Assembly: GCA_043228905.1 (NCBI GenBank)
Contig: JBHGNT010000012.1
Location: forward strand, 1,054,001 to 1,118,000
Length of the DNA: 64,000 nt
Reading direction: 5' to 3'
Source: Azolla caroliniana
Lineage: Eukaryota > Plantae > Polypodiophyta
The position numbers and the translations under genes are program-made. Under the pieces are notes generated by a model. The model was not told where the DNA came from, ran no database searches, and saw only the letters and a list, made by a program, of their open reading frames with translations. Position 1 is the stretch's first letter; every line of letters starts with the position of its first letter. Shown here in pieces: positions 24,501 through 38,100 of the stretch.

Positions 24501-26578
24501 AATAATACGTTTGGATGAAATTCTTCTATACTCGATAAAATGAGGCTTAGATTATTTTGATCCTACAAGAAACATGCACCCATTTAGTAGGACCCCTCGT
24601 TGCTATAACATAGCATTTTTTGAGAAACCTTCATAATAACATCTAAGAGCACATTGATCAGATGAATTCACCTCCTCTAAAATAGTCTTCACGGAGGAAA
24701 GCTGACAGGGAGCAAAGTCTAATGCACATCTCAATACAAGTAACCGGGGATTCTCAATATTAGTCTTCATGCGCTTGTGAGCTACATTCTTCTCGCACAC
24801 AATCCCCTTCACAAATTGACTGCAATGAACAAAGGACAAGAATACTTTGACTGATAGCATGTCACAAACAAATTATGTTTAAAGACAAAGATAAGATCAA
24901 CTATTTACCTTTCACTTGGCTGTCCATTAGCAATATATTTAACCTTTACATAAACTCCCGGATCCATCCCCTTTCCAAGATTTAAACCTGGTTTTATATA
25001 ACCTATAGCATCAGATACAAATGATGAGATAATCTCAGACCATTTATCATGGACATGATTTGGTCCTTCAATACCCCGCCCCTTCAAAAGATGCACAATA
25101 ACAGCTCTGAACTGTGCCTCTGTGTAAGCTTTCACAGTTTTTAGCTGATTGACCTTTACTGATGTGTCTGTGGCTTTCTGCTCATTACTACTCGTAACCA
25201 TCATGCTGGAAACATCTTCTTTACCTACAATCTCATTTTCTACAGTCTCTATCCAATCCTCTTGATCCGAGGGTTCTGGAACATCCCATAATGAGGGATT
25301 GTTCTCGAGGAATGATTGAAAGAGATGCCAATCCTGTACACCCAGCTGTGAAACATCATCAGATGTTGAGCTTCCACTTGATGTTGTCAATCTTCTATTT
25401 TCACGGTCGACATTAAAGTTATCATTCAGACTACCCAGCTCAATGTCTTTTTTATTTTGGAAACTAGTGTTTTCCAGTTCCGAAATTTCATCAGATGGTG
25501 TTACTGCTTTAGTATTTTTAACGCCAGAATCAATATTACTATTCAATACAGTGCCCAATTCAATATCTCCACCATTTTGGGGTCTAGTAACACAGTTATC
25601 TTCCACCCCCAAAACTTCATTTTGGGATCTTGTAATATCTGCAATGTTGACATTGTTGTTACCTTCCATTGTAATATCCCACATAGCATTTTCATTTTGG
25701 GATTTAGTAGCGAACATATCTTCCCGCTCCAAAACGTCATCAGATGTAGAGCTTCTGATTAGTGTTATGGCTTGTCTATTTTCAATCTCCATAGTTTCAT
25801 TATCATTTGGTATAGTATCCTGGTCAAAGTTATTTTGATTATGGGATATGCCAAACGTATCTTCCAGCTCTGAAACATCATCCAATTTTGAGCTTCTGGT
25901 TAGTGTTATTGCTTTATTCTTTTCAAAGTCAACATCATTGTTACCATTTAGTACAGTACACTGCTCAGAGTTTTTTTCATTTTGGGAACTAGTAACACAT
26001 GTATTTCCCAGCCCCAAAACTTCATCCAATTTCAAGTTTCTGGTTCGATTACTTGCTTTGTTGTTTTCAAAGTGGATACTGTTATAATCATTTGGTAGAG
26101 TATCCTGCCCGGTCTCATTTTCCTTTTGTGAACCAGTAACACAGGTATCTCCCAGCTCCAAAACTTCCTTCAATGTCAATGTCAAGCTTCTGTTTGGTGT
26201 TATTGCTTGTCCATTTTCAATCTCCCCACTGACATTATTGTTCGGTACAGTATCTAGCTCAATGAATTTCTCATTCAGGGAATTCGCAACTCCCTCTCTG
26301 TCTTGCCTACACTCCCTTCCCGATTCAGAATGGCAATTTTCTGCGTTATCATCATATTCATCTCCATCATCATTAGTTCTACAAAGAAAAAGGATCAACA
26401 AAAAAACAAAACACCATCATCAGCACATGAATAATGGGCAATCCAATTCACAATAGATACCTTACCCAATAAATGCGCTCGCAAAATCATATGGAGTTCG
26501 AGATCCTTCCTCTTCTTCAGCTTCCCTCTGTCCCTGTTTCTGCTTTTCATGGTCAATGTCTTTTTTGTCTATAAACAT
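9515..26578 (-). CDS. FAB1: 1-phosphatidylinositol-3-phosphate 5-kinase (FAB1/PIKfyve family), FYVE-less FAB1C/D-like; about 2394 aa as reconstructed
   Basis: 11 in-phase GT-AG exons: 26466-26578, 24909-26378, 24672-24819, 24209-24562, 20093-20776, 19621-19949, 19404-19530, 13865-14020, 10648-13788, 10065-10331, 9515-9910. CCT/Cpn60-like region (DPGVYVKVK..KGIVCEKNVAHKRM), Cys-rich region (IWMWYRC..LSFGKFLEL..CGHSVH), PIP-kinase motifs (GGKSK..FAKT.DDRFVVKQ, MENL, YDLKGS, DYSLLVG, GIIDFMRQYTWDK, PTVISP). Confidence 0.93.
9552..9650 (-). repeat. 33-bp coding tandem repeat x3 (DAPKKSSVSNT) in the FAB1 C-terminal tail
   Basis: GTGTTGGAAACTGAGC-T run-GGTGCATCA at 9552, 9585 and 9618. Confidence 0.93.
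11683..13338 (-). repeat. 207-bp (69-aa) coding tandem repeat x8 inside the large FAB1 exon
   Basis: Unit EEIRTMSNKSRLKECGSVDRTLNSLACIDTMEDSNEIKSSERLDEPVKLVSDGGSATNLNESNSGPSEP; period 207 nt (GGCTCACTT at 11684, 11891 and so on); frame preserved. Confidence 0.97.
13339..13772 (-). repeat. Two short coding duplications next to the array: ~90 bp x2 (DKGHN..EFISKEG) and ~36-39 bp x2 (KPGH.AYQP)
   Basis: Visible in the translation of ORF 10513..13782 and in the DNA. Confidence 0.85.
14521..15035. repeat. 136-bp minisatellite (~3.7 copies) made from copia RT coding sequence
   Basis: ATGAATAACTGGACAAG at 14521, 14679, 14815 and 14951; the minus strand reads ERYQRLVGRLIYL...VSVVS..MH..RKGHMDA. Confidence 0.9.
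14521..18285 (-). mobile_element. Decayed, 3'-truncated Ty1/copia element in a FAB1 intron
   Basis: PBS (GCTCTGATACCA on + at 18073-18084) next to a ~201-bp LTR at 18085-18285. Fragments: protease WIIDSGASRHV, integrase HSDGWGP/FIDCFSRVTW, RT YKARLVAK/DYDETFAP/AVYVDDIIITG. Many stops and frameshifts; no 3' LTR seen. Confidence 0.9.
18012..19000. repeat. ~505-bp tandem duplication covering the copia leader, PBS, LTR and ~210 bp of flank
   Basis: TAGGACAA..GGATGGATCTAGGG..GCTCTGATACCA..AACAAATCTTA at ~18012-18494 and ~18517-19000. Confidence 0.9.
21300..23960 (+). mobile_element. Highly decayed LINE (non-LTR retrotransposon) remnants in a FAB1 intron, probably two nested copies
   Basis: APE endonuclease motif IILLGDFNART (~21622-21654); RT motif KQGCPL (~22401); two copies of a shared 3'-end motif (~23420-23478 and ~23900-23958). 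Confidence 0.7.
25340..26265 (-). repeat. Old degenerate ~45-52-aa repeats (about 6-7) in the FAB1 N-terminal exon
   Basis: Recurring pattern DT.PN.N....EN..AIT..RS.(K)LD(E/D)V.EL.DT.VT.SQNE in ORF 24905..26401. Confidence 0.7.
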
Positions 26579-28081
26579 CTGTTTGCTGATATTAGCACTT
26601 CAATGACCAAATTGGGATGATACAGAACCATTACCAGTCTGCACAGATGCTTTGCCGCAAAAAAAATCTACACCTGAAATAGCAAGACGTTCCTTATAAG
26701 ATGCATTTACAATATGTCCATGAGAGCTCTGGGTGATAATATACATTAGACTTTGAGAACAACTAACTGTAAAGGTGAACAGATTTAGCTACCCCAACAT
26801 AAGTTCCAGATTTTAGATACAACAAATGAGTTGATGGGACGGCTGTATGAGGACGGATTAAGAAGAAGAAAAAACATGTCTAGAAGTACGCAAACATGAA
26901 ACAACTTTGTGGAGGATCTTTGAAGGCATTGGATGAAAGAATTACCTTTCCAATTCATCTTGAATCCAACCATACAACCAATACTATAACACGAAAATAC
27001 AGATAACAAACGACCTTACAAAAATGTAGGAGATGATATGATGAAATGCATGAAGTACAGGGGTTTGCGAAGGACCTGAAAAAGATTCTATGTTTGAATT
27101 AACTTTACACTTAGCAGGAAGGCATGTAAGAAGATAATATAGGCAACATATGGAACTCTGGACAATTACATAATCAAGGATTTTTATAAAGAGCATAGGT
27201 ACCAGAATTGGTAAAGTATATCTGAAAGGGATGTCAAAGACACAAATGTTTTGGCAAGATTAAAGCATAGAAAAAGGACACTCAAACAACAAAGAAAGAA
27301 ACACCTTTGCAGCATAGAAATGTCGTGGATCTTGCAAGGACTTTGATTAAAAGAACAAATATAAAAGACCGGATTTGTGAAGGCTTTGAGTCCTAGTGAA
27401 AAAACGAATTCCTTAAGTTCATTTGTCTTTGAGGCAAGCCCCGAAGAAGAGAGGACGGATAACAAATGTGCTTTAGAAACTCTAGTGATGCAGGATGAAC
27501 ATCAAATAGTATACCACACAGCTGTTTAGACAAACAATCAAGACCTTATGGAGAAAAAAAAAGCGACAACTTAATAAAGAAGAAAGTAAATAAACAAAAT
27601 GGGGGAGTAAAGAACAAAACATAATTTACATAGAAAGGAATGAAAAACCCAAACTTACAGAAGCAACAAGATGATGAACAGAATCTTCCGAATGTAAAAG
27701 AACCTGTACCGGAATTGTGTGGGAGACTTTAGGATGACGACAATGATGATTGTAGCAATCTGTAGAACTGGAGCTGGGAATATAGGATCATTATAGGATC
27801 AGGAAGGACGCCATGGGAAGCACAGATGCGCTGATGAAGCTCCCGACAGATGAGGGTGAGATAACAAACGATGATCTGCAAAACCCGGAGCTAGGAAAGA
27901 GATATGAATTATTATGTGAGCAGGAAGAGAGGCGGGTGAATCACACAGAGGCGATGAATCTTGGGACGGACGGATGACTGCGACGTTGACGGTGAGGGAC
28001 GGATGATTAAAGGTACAGCGCTAGGGGTGGGGAAGAGGATGATTTATTGCAGGATCAGGAAGAGAGCACAGGACTGAGCTG

Positions 28082-28271
28082 CGATGGCGATGGAGATGGC
28101 GATGGCGATGGCGATGGCGATGATCTATCTGCAGGGGCTGGAGTGGAGGTGGGAGGAGATGATTGACGGTTAATCGGATGAGGAACAAGCAGGAGAAAGA
28201 ACACACCACGGAGAAAGTCCACGCTCTCTCAGACGCACAGAAGAGAGAGAGAGAGAGAGAAGCTGCTTCTC

Positions 28272-28310
<39 letters not shown>
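28082..28310. repeat. (GATGGC)n and (AG)n microsatellites, probably in the FAB1 5' UTR or proximal promoter
   Basis: Read directly; CT-rich on the FAB1 sense strand, as is common near plant transcription starts (inference). Confidence 0.75.
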
Positions 28311-28379
28311 AATGTATATCCAGATTTTCCTGCTTACTCTGGAAGAACCAAAACAATGCATGGAATCTAATATTCTTCC

Positions 28380-28673
28380 TATGTACATAACATATATGTA
28401 TGTATGTATGTATATGATATATCATATACTTATGTATGTATGTATGTATGTATGTACATGTGTATTTATATGTACATATAGTAGTGTAGTGTAGTGTAGT
28501 GTAGTCTAGTATACATATGTGTGTGTATGTGTGTGTGTGTGTGTGTGTTTGTTTAGTATGTGTTCGTTTCTATGCATATGTATTTATGTATGTTTGGTAT
28601 GTGTTTGTATATATGTATTTACATATGTATATGTGTATATATGTATTTACATATGTATATGTGTATATATGTA

Positions 28674-28725
<52 letters not shown>

Positions 28726-29040
28726 CTTGTTTAGTATGTGTTCGTTTGTATGCATGTATTTATGTATGTTTGGTATGTGTTTGTATGTATGTATTTACAT
28801 ATGTATGCTATAGTATAGTTACTAGTATATGTGTGTGTGTATGTTTTGTTTAGTATGTGTGTTGTATAAATGTATGTTTGATTGATTCGTATGTATATGC
28901 ATGTTTGTTTAGTATATGTCTATGTATGTTTAGTATGTGTTTGTATGTATGTATGGTTTTTTTGTTTCGTATGTATATACAATAATACATGTTTGTTGAG
29001 TATGTGTTCATATGTATGCATGTATGCATTATGTACATGT
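28380..29040. repeat. Compound (TA/TG/TATG/TAGTG)n low-complexity tract
   Basis: Read directly. Confidence 0.95.
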
Positions 29041-31312
29041 ATAGGTGGCCATGACCATTCCATGGGACGGGTTGTCGTCTCAGATGCCAGCATTCAAGAC
29101 ATGGAGTCCGGTCGATGCTTTCTCACCATACATTCTTGATACCCTCCCCTCTTGATGTCTGCCCTCTAGTTCTTGGTTTTATAGAGGGCATGGATGTTCC
29201 GAACAAGATAAACAAGGAACTAGTTTGTCTCGCCCAGCCTCATCTATCATACTTCCACAATATATTTGCATGTGTGCTTGCTCATGCATAACTTTATCTT
29301 AGTCGCCTCATAATTGCAAGAAGCATTTTTCCAACGACTACACTGGCCAAACGATGAACTTACGCCTCTCGCATGCTCTTTGATGCTAATTATGTTCCTC
29401 TAATATGTTGGAATCCTCTTGAAACTTTGTGTCCATTCACATATTCTCTTCATACTTTTGACCTTTGTAACAAATGACAATGATTGATTAATGTGTCGTG
29501 CATCGAGACTAGTGAGCTAGGATGTGTTTTTTTTTTTGTGGGGGGGGAGGGGGGGGGGGGGTCCCTTGGGGTCAAAGTATAGACTTGTTGACTAGATTTA
29601 CAGGTGGGTGGAAAATTGGTTCTCTTACGTTAATTTATTACGAATAGATATGTAATTATGAGAGTGATCTTAACAGTACCAAACATAAATAGTATTGTGA
29701 AGTGTATCTGTTGAAAAACGATATATACATCTGTCTATTTTCGCTAATGAGTCTAACTAAGTAAAGCCTTGAATGTGTGAATATAAATAAAAGCTTTGGT
29801 TTACATTCATTGAACTTTTGGTGCCCAATAATTAGGCATCTGATGCAAGTTGGATTTGTTCGAAAAGGAGTGACTCGTGAGTAGCTAAAGTTATTTTTGA
29901 GCCCTATGACGAGACAACGAAAAGTGCATGCTTCACTCACTCACTTTAACTGCATCAATGGTAATATTTTCATTTTTGGGGCTGATGCACTTGCAAAAGT
30001 CTTCTCAAATTCGTGGACCCCATTGCATGACCACTCCCTTTATCTTAACATGTAGTAGCTCAAGGACACGACTTATTGTGTCCATACCTTAACATATGTC
30101 ATCTATCACGTTTCCCCCTATATTTTTGTTAAATGAAAGATGATCACAACTCAGCCATCAATAAGGAAACTTGTCGGAAAGTTTGTCTCGATCTTTAAAT
30201 GCCACACATTTATTGTACGAAGTTCCTTTCCTCACTTCCAACATTTCTTCCTTTTACTATCAATATTTCAAAACAACGTGATTATACTTACTTTTGTGTA
30301 CTTAATATGAAGGCTCATTTTACCTTCTACCTTAATAACTTAACATCTTAGTTTGTGATGTGTTTAGCATAAATTTGAAGCTTTACTTTTGTAGCAAATC
30401 AAAAGGACGTAATATTGATTCCATGTGACATACGAAAACAAAAGGAGTTCATGAATCATGACATAATGAATAGCTAACTTGATAATCAATCATTTTGTCT
30501 TTTCAATAGTGACGTTCAACTAGATTTGAAGGTTTTGCTATATACAATAGATTCACTATAAGTGATCTCTTTCAAGTTATTGTAACATTTTTAGACCTTT
30601 CTCACTCATTCCTATTTTTTATTTTTTAAGTTCAATTCAGTGGGTACTTTTATAGATATTTATTCTTATAGACACTTTGTTGGTGCACATTTTAAGGTAT
30701 TAGTTCATTTCCCACAGTCTAGTGCACGTGAACCATGTAACACATATTCTAAATGTGCATATTCAATTACCTACAATTACTCCATTCAATCTTATTATCT
30801 TGTGGAAAAAGTGTACGTCATTAAGTAATAATTACTGTAAATAATGAACTAAGTGCTCAATTAACATTAATGTTGCATTTTTATAACCTTGGACATGGAG
30901 ATTTGAATTTGCAAAGTTGTTTTCTAAGTGCAAATTGTCAATGTGCATAATCCCAAACTTAAGTGGAAAGAATTCTTATTATAATAATCGAAGTAACTGG
31001 AGTAACTAATTATTTGCTTAATTCACTAAAATTGATGTTCACAATTATAAGCAATGTTATCCATTTCAGCCTTAGATTGAATTTATAACACCTATTTTAA
31101 GTAGTAGACTGTTAATGTGCATAATCAACATGAAGGTTATTTATGTTAAATGCAACATCTCTCAAGACTCCAACTCACAAATTTTACATATTTAATTTAA
31201 ACGCAAACCTTATCAACATATTGTGAAATGCACAAATTTTATATTTTAGAGTTTTCCATCCTAGTTCCGCGAGATCCCACGTCAGGTTCTTCATGCATGT
31301 ATCTTCCAAGAT

Positions 31313-32800
31313 CTAGATTTTAGAATCTGCATTGTTTTTGCATCTGTCTACGTCTACTTTTTCCCATTCTTTTTTAGATCTAGTAAACACTCTAATTGGC
31401 ATCCAAATAATCCATCTAGCATTAAAGCGCCCCAACCATTTACATCCCTCAAATCCACGTTCTACCACATGAGCTTCCCAAGGATACATCCACATAGAAT
31501 TTTTTATGAGTGTAATCATTTTCTTCCATTTTTTATTGTCACTTTCCATTATGTTATTGATTTCCTGTTGGTGTTCCCACCACTTAGCCACTTTGGGCCG
31601 CCATTGCTTTTCTAAATCTGCCCAAGGAAGTCCCACATCCATTCCCAACATTCTTCCACTAGCATAAGCAATGTTGGGATTCCATAGAAGAGGTTGATGA
31701 GCCCACTCCATAGGAGAGGATGGCTGCCTCCAATGTATTTCCTCGCTAAGCGACATCCAAGTAGCCATGATGGAGAGCATCGGACGGCCTTGAAGCGCTT
31801 TGGAAGATTTGAGCTTCATTTCCTATATAAAAAGCCATATGTTTGTCGGCAACCATTTCCCTCCTGTCCTAGGAGACCACATACATATCAAATCTACGCC
31901 TCATCAACACTTTCCAAACTTTCTTACCATGGAGGAGACTCCTTACTACTAATTTGCTCAATAATGCTTTGCTCTAAGTTTTTGGATCAATGAGTCCAAG
32001 TCACCCCCCCTCTTTCTTGCATCATGTTATTTTCTTCCATGCAACTTTGGTTGCCACTTTACCCTCCGATTTGCTTGCCCATAGAAATTTGCAAATATCA
32101 AAATTTATACAAGCTATACCTTTCCTATCAAAGATAGAACGTGTTCCATGTATATGCAAACCATACCATACTATAATCTTATCATAAATTTAACAAGGTA
32201 AACTTTCGAATGTGTATGCAATCTTTGTTAGAGTGAATGTAGGACAATTTAACATTTCCGATATGATGCATATGTTAGAGATTACTTCTAATGTAAGCAT
32301 AAAACAAGGAAATAGATGATAGATAATAAAGAGAAAGAGAGAGAAAGAAAGGAGTTGATCCACCAACCACCCCCGAGTGAAGGGATCGAGAAGGACCTGA
32401 ACTTTGAACAACATCCAATACCACCGCCATGGCATTGAGTCGTACTTGGTATTGGTGCGCACTCACCGCAAGAGGATAGCTAGGCCTCATATTTATAGCC
32501 AGATCTAAGGCCCCCAAGCAAGTTCATACTTGCCCTTATGGGTTGTCTCAATCCCTAGGATTAAAAGTAATACTCCCATCTGTACACTCTCGATTAACCC
32601 TCACATTTTTATCATCATGTGTAGAATATTATGGTACAAACTATCACGGGATAAATTATGGTCCTGCCCATAACAATATAGATGGATTGTTTCACCTTGT
32701 GCTTAGAAATTAATTTTGTATTGCTAATAACCACCATGAACAACTAGGGAAAGTTTGCGCCAATTTTACAGAGATGGGCAAAGATTAAGTAAAATTTTTA
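31313..32800 (-). mobile_element. Decayed L1/Tx1-type LINE ORF2 fragment, interrupted by a solo LTR
   Basis: Minus-strand FLW...KVAWKKI...EGG.LG..D segment; QPLLWN...GRMLG...W.DLE matches QPLIWN...GQMLG...W.ELD in the LINE at 52-53.7 kb. Confidence 0.65.
32273..32675 (-). mobile_element. Probable solo LTR (~403 bp)
   Basis: TGTTA...TAACA termini; TATA-like GGCTATAAAT on the minus strand; flanks GCATA and ATATA fit a TSD decayed by two transitions. Confidence 0.55.
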
Positions 32801-35166
32801 GGGACTAAAATAGTAAACAATTGAAACCGAGTAAGCTAGATTAGCTCGTTATCCATGCATGTAAGGATTCTTACCTCATGAATGCATGGTGCCAATAGAT
32901 TATTGTTCTTAGTCATGTGCATTTCTTTTTCTAATTTTTTTTATCTCATCCTACATTTGTCATATTGCAAGAACATGGAATCACACATTGAATTATGCGA
33001 GCAAAAAGGAGCTTTTAGTGAGTGAACAAGAAGAAAGAGTAGTCACAACATTGGTCGAAACAAGCAACCATGAAAGGTGGCAAGATCAAATTATTACGTA
33101 AATGAGTAGGTTACATGGAGCAAGTGAATTTGAAATGAGATTGCCAATACTCATCACATACAAGATCAATGATGCTAACTAGGGCCAATGGTATGAACAC
33201 TCTAGATTCCTACGAGTTGTTGGATGTAGTGCATGGGAATTATAAAGGATGTATAGAAATAATTGAGTTAGTGATTATATGAGGAGTGTTTGAAGGCATA
33301 GAGGCAACAAAACACTGACCCTATTTGTTATATTACCAAGAAACACAAGAATGACAACATTGATTCAAATAAATCTTTGTAACCAAGATAAATAATCACA
33401 TAATGAAGTGTCTTTGTAGAGGAGTATTTATAGGTATTGAGGCAACAAAATTAAAGCTTGTCAGGTGCTTTCTTATTGGACACAATAAATACAATGATGA
33501 CTGGATTGAATAAACATAAATACCAACAAGATAAATATTTAATAATCAAATGGTGGAGTTTCTTGCAAAGCAACCTAGTCATTGCAACATAATGAAACAT
33601 CAATGCCAATATAAATTATGCCCAATGTGGGAGGTAAAATTGTTGTCAAAGTATTCATTTTAGATACAATAGTACTACAATGTTGAGCAACTATAAATGT
33701 CCACTGCGAGATGTTTATCATAGGTATTCAATTATTGATACAATGTACCAGCAATTCCTCTCTTTTCTCAAAATGAAAGATCAAACTTTTGTGCTGGTCT
33801 GAGGCTCAAAACCTTCCCAAGTTGAAATCAAATTATCCTTCTTTGAAATGTGTTGATTTTATCATGTCTATTTGAAAGATAAATATAATTCAATCATATA
33901 AAGAGTTTGTACTATGTCATGCTCTTTCCCCATCATAAGATCATGATTGATCAACGATAGAATCTTATGATTATTATGATTGAAATCTTGTGAGTTTGAT
34001 GATGTGTCTACATTGTGCATGTTACTTTCACACTTCATTGGACAAATAGCACATGGCAAATTGTCACTGACCAAGGGACAACTAGCTCATACTCAAAAGA
34101 ATCCGATTGGAACAAATTAGGATATTGTCAAGCATACCATGTATAGGTGGAAAAAGCAGGATATCACTTGTATCACATTGGAATGAAGTACCATATTTGT
34201 AAGCATACCACACAAAGTAGTAGGAAAACGTAGGATACCACTTGCACCCATTGGAATAAAGTACTATGTTCTCATGCATACTATGCAAAGTAGTAGGATA
34301 AAGTAGAATATCACTTGGTTAGCAAAGAGAAGAGTTACAAATAAGAGCCTAAAATGTTCTGTTATTACCATATATATTGCAATGCCAAACATTACTGGTA
34401 TATTGGTAACTAGCATGTGCTTGAAAAGGTGAAGACACACAGGGTTACATTATGCAGGGTTACATTATGATATATCATATTACTTGTCTTACCTAGACGT
34501 ACCAAAATGTACAACCATAAATGATCTGTTTATACCATTGACCTTGCAATGCTAAACATCAGTTGTATATTGGTAATTAGCATGTGCTTGAAAAGTTTAA
34601 AATAAAGAACAGGGTTGTCATCATGTGTCACATCACTTTGTTTTGTGTGAACATTCGAAACTTATGTAAGCTTTAGAATTGAATGTATGATAAAAACTAA
34701 AGACAGCCAATATGACTTGTCACTACAGATCCCAAACGATCTATTATATTTATAATTACTAAGAACATGAAACTTAAGTGACTTCCAGAGCATCCATGAT
34801 TAGGAAATCAAATGATGCATTTAGTTGGACTCGGATAAGGTTCGCAAAGTAGAAATAAAAATTGTATACCTCAATTGTTGAATGCTGTACATTCAACAGG
34901 TACCTTATAAGGATTTTAGTGTGTAGAACATACAAACTTTCCACAGGTTGGCAGTGGCCTAACTCTGTGCTACATGTGAAGCAAGTTACTTCACAGGTTC
35001 TTAATTGTAATACCTATCTTAACAGAAGAATGATTTGTTTACAAGACTTTGCACACACTTGTAGTTAATGATGCAAAGTAATAGACACAAACAGAAAAAC
35101 TAGAGCAATGGCAATACAATAAAAAATAATAGGATATGATATTATATTATATATAGATATATCACC

Positions 35167-38100
35167 TTAATGTCTCTGATCATTGTACAATGCGAGGTAT
35201 TGTTCAGCAAGCTTTTTCACCTTCTCACCTTCTGAAATGAGGAAATTGGCAGATCTTGCTTGCACGTGATGTTGCATTACCTTATTTGTTGTTTTTGCGA
35301 CAGCCCATGTGTACTGTTCAGTAGTAATGACATGACTTCGATGGAGAGGTCTGATATGTTCCTTGATATATGCTTCAACCTGTAAAAGTACAGTCATCAC
35401 AATTAGAAATTCCAAACCATGTGCCATATATTTTGTCAAATCTACATTTACCTGAACTAAGGACTGCGTTAGATATTCAGAAAATATGTGCAACTGAGAA
35501 ATCAAAAGAGAGCATTACGATGACATTAGAGGATGATATGTCAGCCTGTTGAAAAGGGACTTGGCCTAATGAAACTAGGTTATAAACAGTTTGATCATAA
35601 AAGTTGGGAAGCTTCTTGAACTCATTGTGATTAACATTGTGACATGAAGAGTTACTAGTTTCTTTTAAATAATCTACACAAAGTCAGTTTGCTTTTATTG
35701 CAAACTACCATTAGTTAAATATAATCACCAAAGAGCATGGCAAAACCTACAGTCTCTATATCTTAAAACACTATTCCAACAAAAAATACTTTTTTCCTAA
35801 ACTGCTATAGCTTGCCTGTTTCCTGACTCGCTCCATTTGGAAAGCATCATCAACTGCTCCCTCATCTGTTATAATGTTTTCATCAATAAAAGAGTGCTCA
35901 CAACCAGAATTACTAAAAGTACGTCCAAAATGGGGTCCTCCACTTTCTTTGTGTTCTACTGGGGGGAATAAACCGTCCTGTGTATCTGAATGCATTTCAG
36001 AGCATTTATGGATCTTTTCAGCCTGACGTTCATCATTTGCTAGAGATATATCTTTAAGGATAGGATGGGCATTAGCCTTTTCATCCTTCACACCGTTTGA
36101 AAGTGCCTCTTCATTGATAACCCCCAGATTATCCTCTTCTTTATGCCCTGAAGGTGCCTCTTCATTCATCCCATGTGGGTTGTTGGCGCCTTCATTATCC
36201 CTCAAGTGTCTGTCTTCATTCAAAGACTCACTGTTTTTATCCTGTTGATTCTCGTATGTAGCTTCAAGTGCTTCCTCAATCTTGCCAGAAGAACTCTCCC
36301 TTAGGGGAGAAGGACCATTGTCAATAACAGGTAGGTTGTCAGAAATAGGACTTTGTGGAGGAGAATCTGATACAAGACCAGTTGCCTTCCAAGCCTCACT
36401 GACAACTAAATTTTCAAGTTCTTCTGTTTTTGACACTGAACAAGGTACTGGTTCTAGTGACTCTATTAGTTTTGGTGCTACAGAAAGAGCTTGAACACAC
36501 AAATTAACATAGACACCCTTCGAGTTGGACCTATCATAAATCTCCTTTTCCTTGCTGACAGCTGCTGCAATAGCAGCTTTGCACTCAGGGTTTTCATCCA
36601 ATGCTTTAGGTTGATGTTCTTGCAGATAATGCTCCACAAAACGATCCAGTTGCATCTGCAATAAGGTAAGCCTTCGTTCATGAGCATCACCCTTTTTAGG
36701 AGCAAAAACTTTAGTTCAACTTGAAAAGATTTTCCACTGGTGAAATTTCAGACGTTTAGTTGAGATTACCTGCCTACTTGCAGTTGGTACTTTGCTTCGG
36801 CGATCATATTCTAATATGGGCCTCAAGTGCCCAGGCAACTCTTCCTGCATCAAGTTATCTAAGTTACAAAGAAGAAATTTGAATCATGCAGACACATTAT
36901 GAGAGTGTATCATAAGCCCAGATTTTCCAACTACTACTTTATAGACTTACCAGCAATGATCCTTTCCTATCATGCAGACATATTATGACATCTTATCATA
37001 ACCCAGGCTTTCCAACTACTACATAATCCTTACCAGTAATGATCCTTTCTTTTTATTATGGCACTTTTCTTGCTTGGTCTTTCTTGCAAGTATGTCCAGG
37101 GCCCATTGTCTCTTATCAATTCTTGATGTTTGATCACTACCAGACAAGGATCTCTCATCAATCTGTGGGGGTCCTGTGACAGGTTTTGTTGTTTTAGTAA
37201 GGCCTGGAACCTTAGTTTTCTGCACAGGCTGTTTCTGTTCATGCTGAGCAGATAGGGGCTTTATGTCACTTTGTCTAGGTAAGAGAGATGTGTCTGCAAG
37301 GTATATTCGACTTTGCAAGGAATCAAGCTCTGCCTTATTCTCTTTCCTAGATTTGCGTATTGTTTCTTCAATATGAGCAATCTCTTTCTGCAAAATATCT
37401 TTGGATGACGCCTTTACCTTCTTTTCATAAGATACCCTTTCCCTCCAGGAAGAAATATCCCAGTCCCTATCCCAAGCTTGCCTCCGCTTTCCACTACCAC
37501 CATAAAGTTTCTTCATCAAGCTATTTCTAGAGCCATCAAGTTTAGATCCAGGTTTATGAACCTTGGTTCTTTGCATACCAGCATCTTGCCTTCTCAAACT
37601 AGCTTGTGAGCTCAAAATTGCAGCTTTGAATGCTGTGAAGAACTTCTCATCTGTCACATTTATCTGACCAATATCACTAGACGTACCACTAGTTTCTTTT
37701 AAATTTTGGCGCATTTGATCAACTAATTTTGAGGCGTTCTTGTCCAGGTCGCTACCTCGATAAATTATTTTCCTTGTTCGAGTGCCATCATTTTTCCCAT
37801 TTACTCCTTCCTTAGCATTTGGCCGAGGTAGAATTACTCTTCTGTGACAAGGACTAAGCCCTTGCACCAATGTTTTTAATTCATCCATAACCTTTGATCT
37901 TGGATTGAAAGCCTCTTTGAAACTGATTTTAATGGAATTAATGTTTGCCTGATCCTCTTCTTGCTTTGTATCAGAAACACTCTGAGTAACATCCTTGATA
38001 AGCCTCCCTTTTGGTATTCTATCATCTTTACTTGCAGCTATCTTTGGTGATGATACAGGTACTATAGATCTTGAATTGGTTTCTATTTGCCTGCATCCAC

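Noticed and set aside
28312-29139. Cluster of Cys/Val/Tyr/Met-rich ORFs
   Set aside because: Translations of (TG)n and (TATG)n microsatellites.
29539-29561. Poly-G run as a G-quadruplex element
   Set aside because: Isolated homopolymer next to a poly-T run; no supporting context, and the length is error-prone.
33270-34620. Several two- or three-copy degenerate direct repeats (~75-170 bp)
   Set aside because: Real but decayed local duplications with no coding, terminal or structural signal I could assign.
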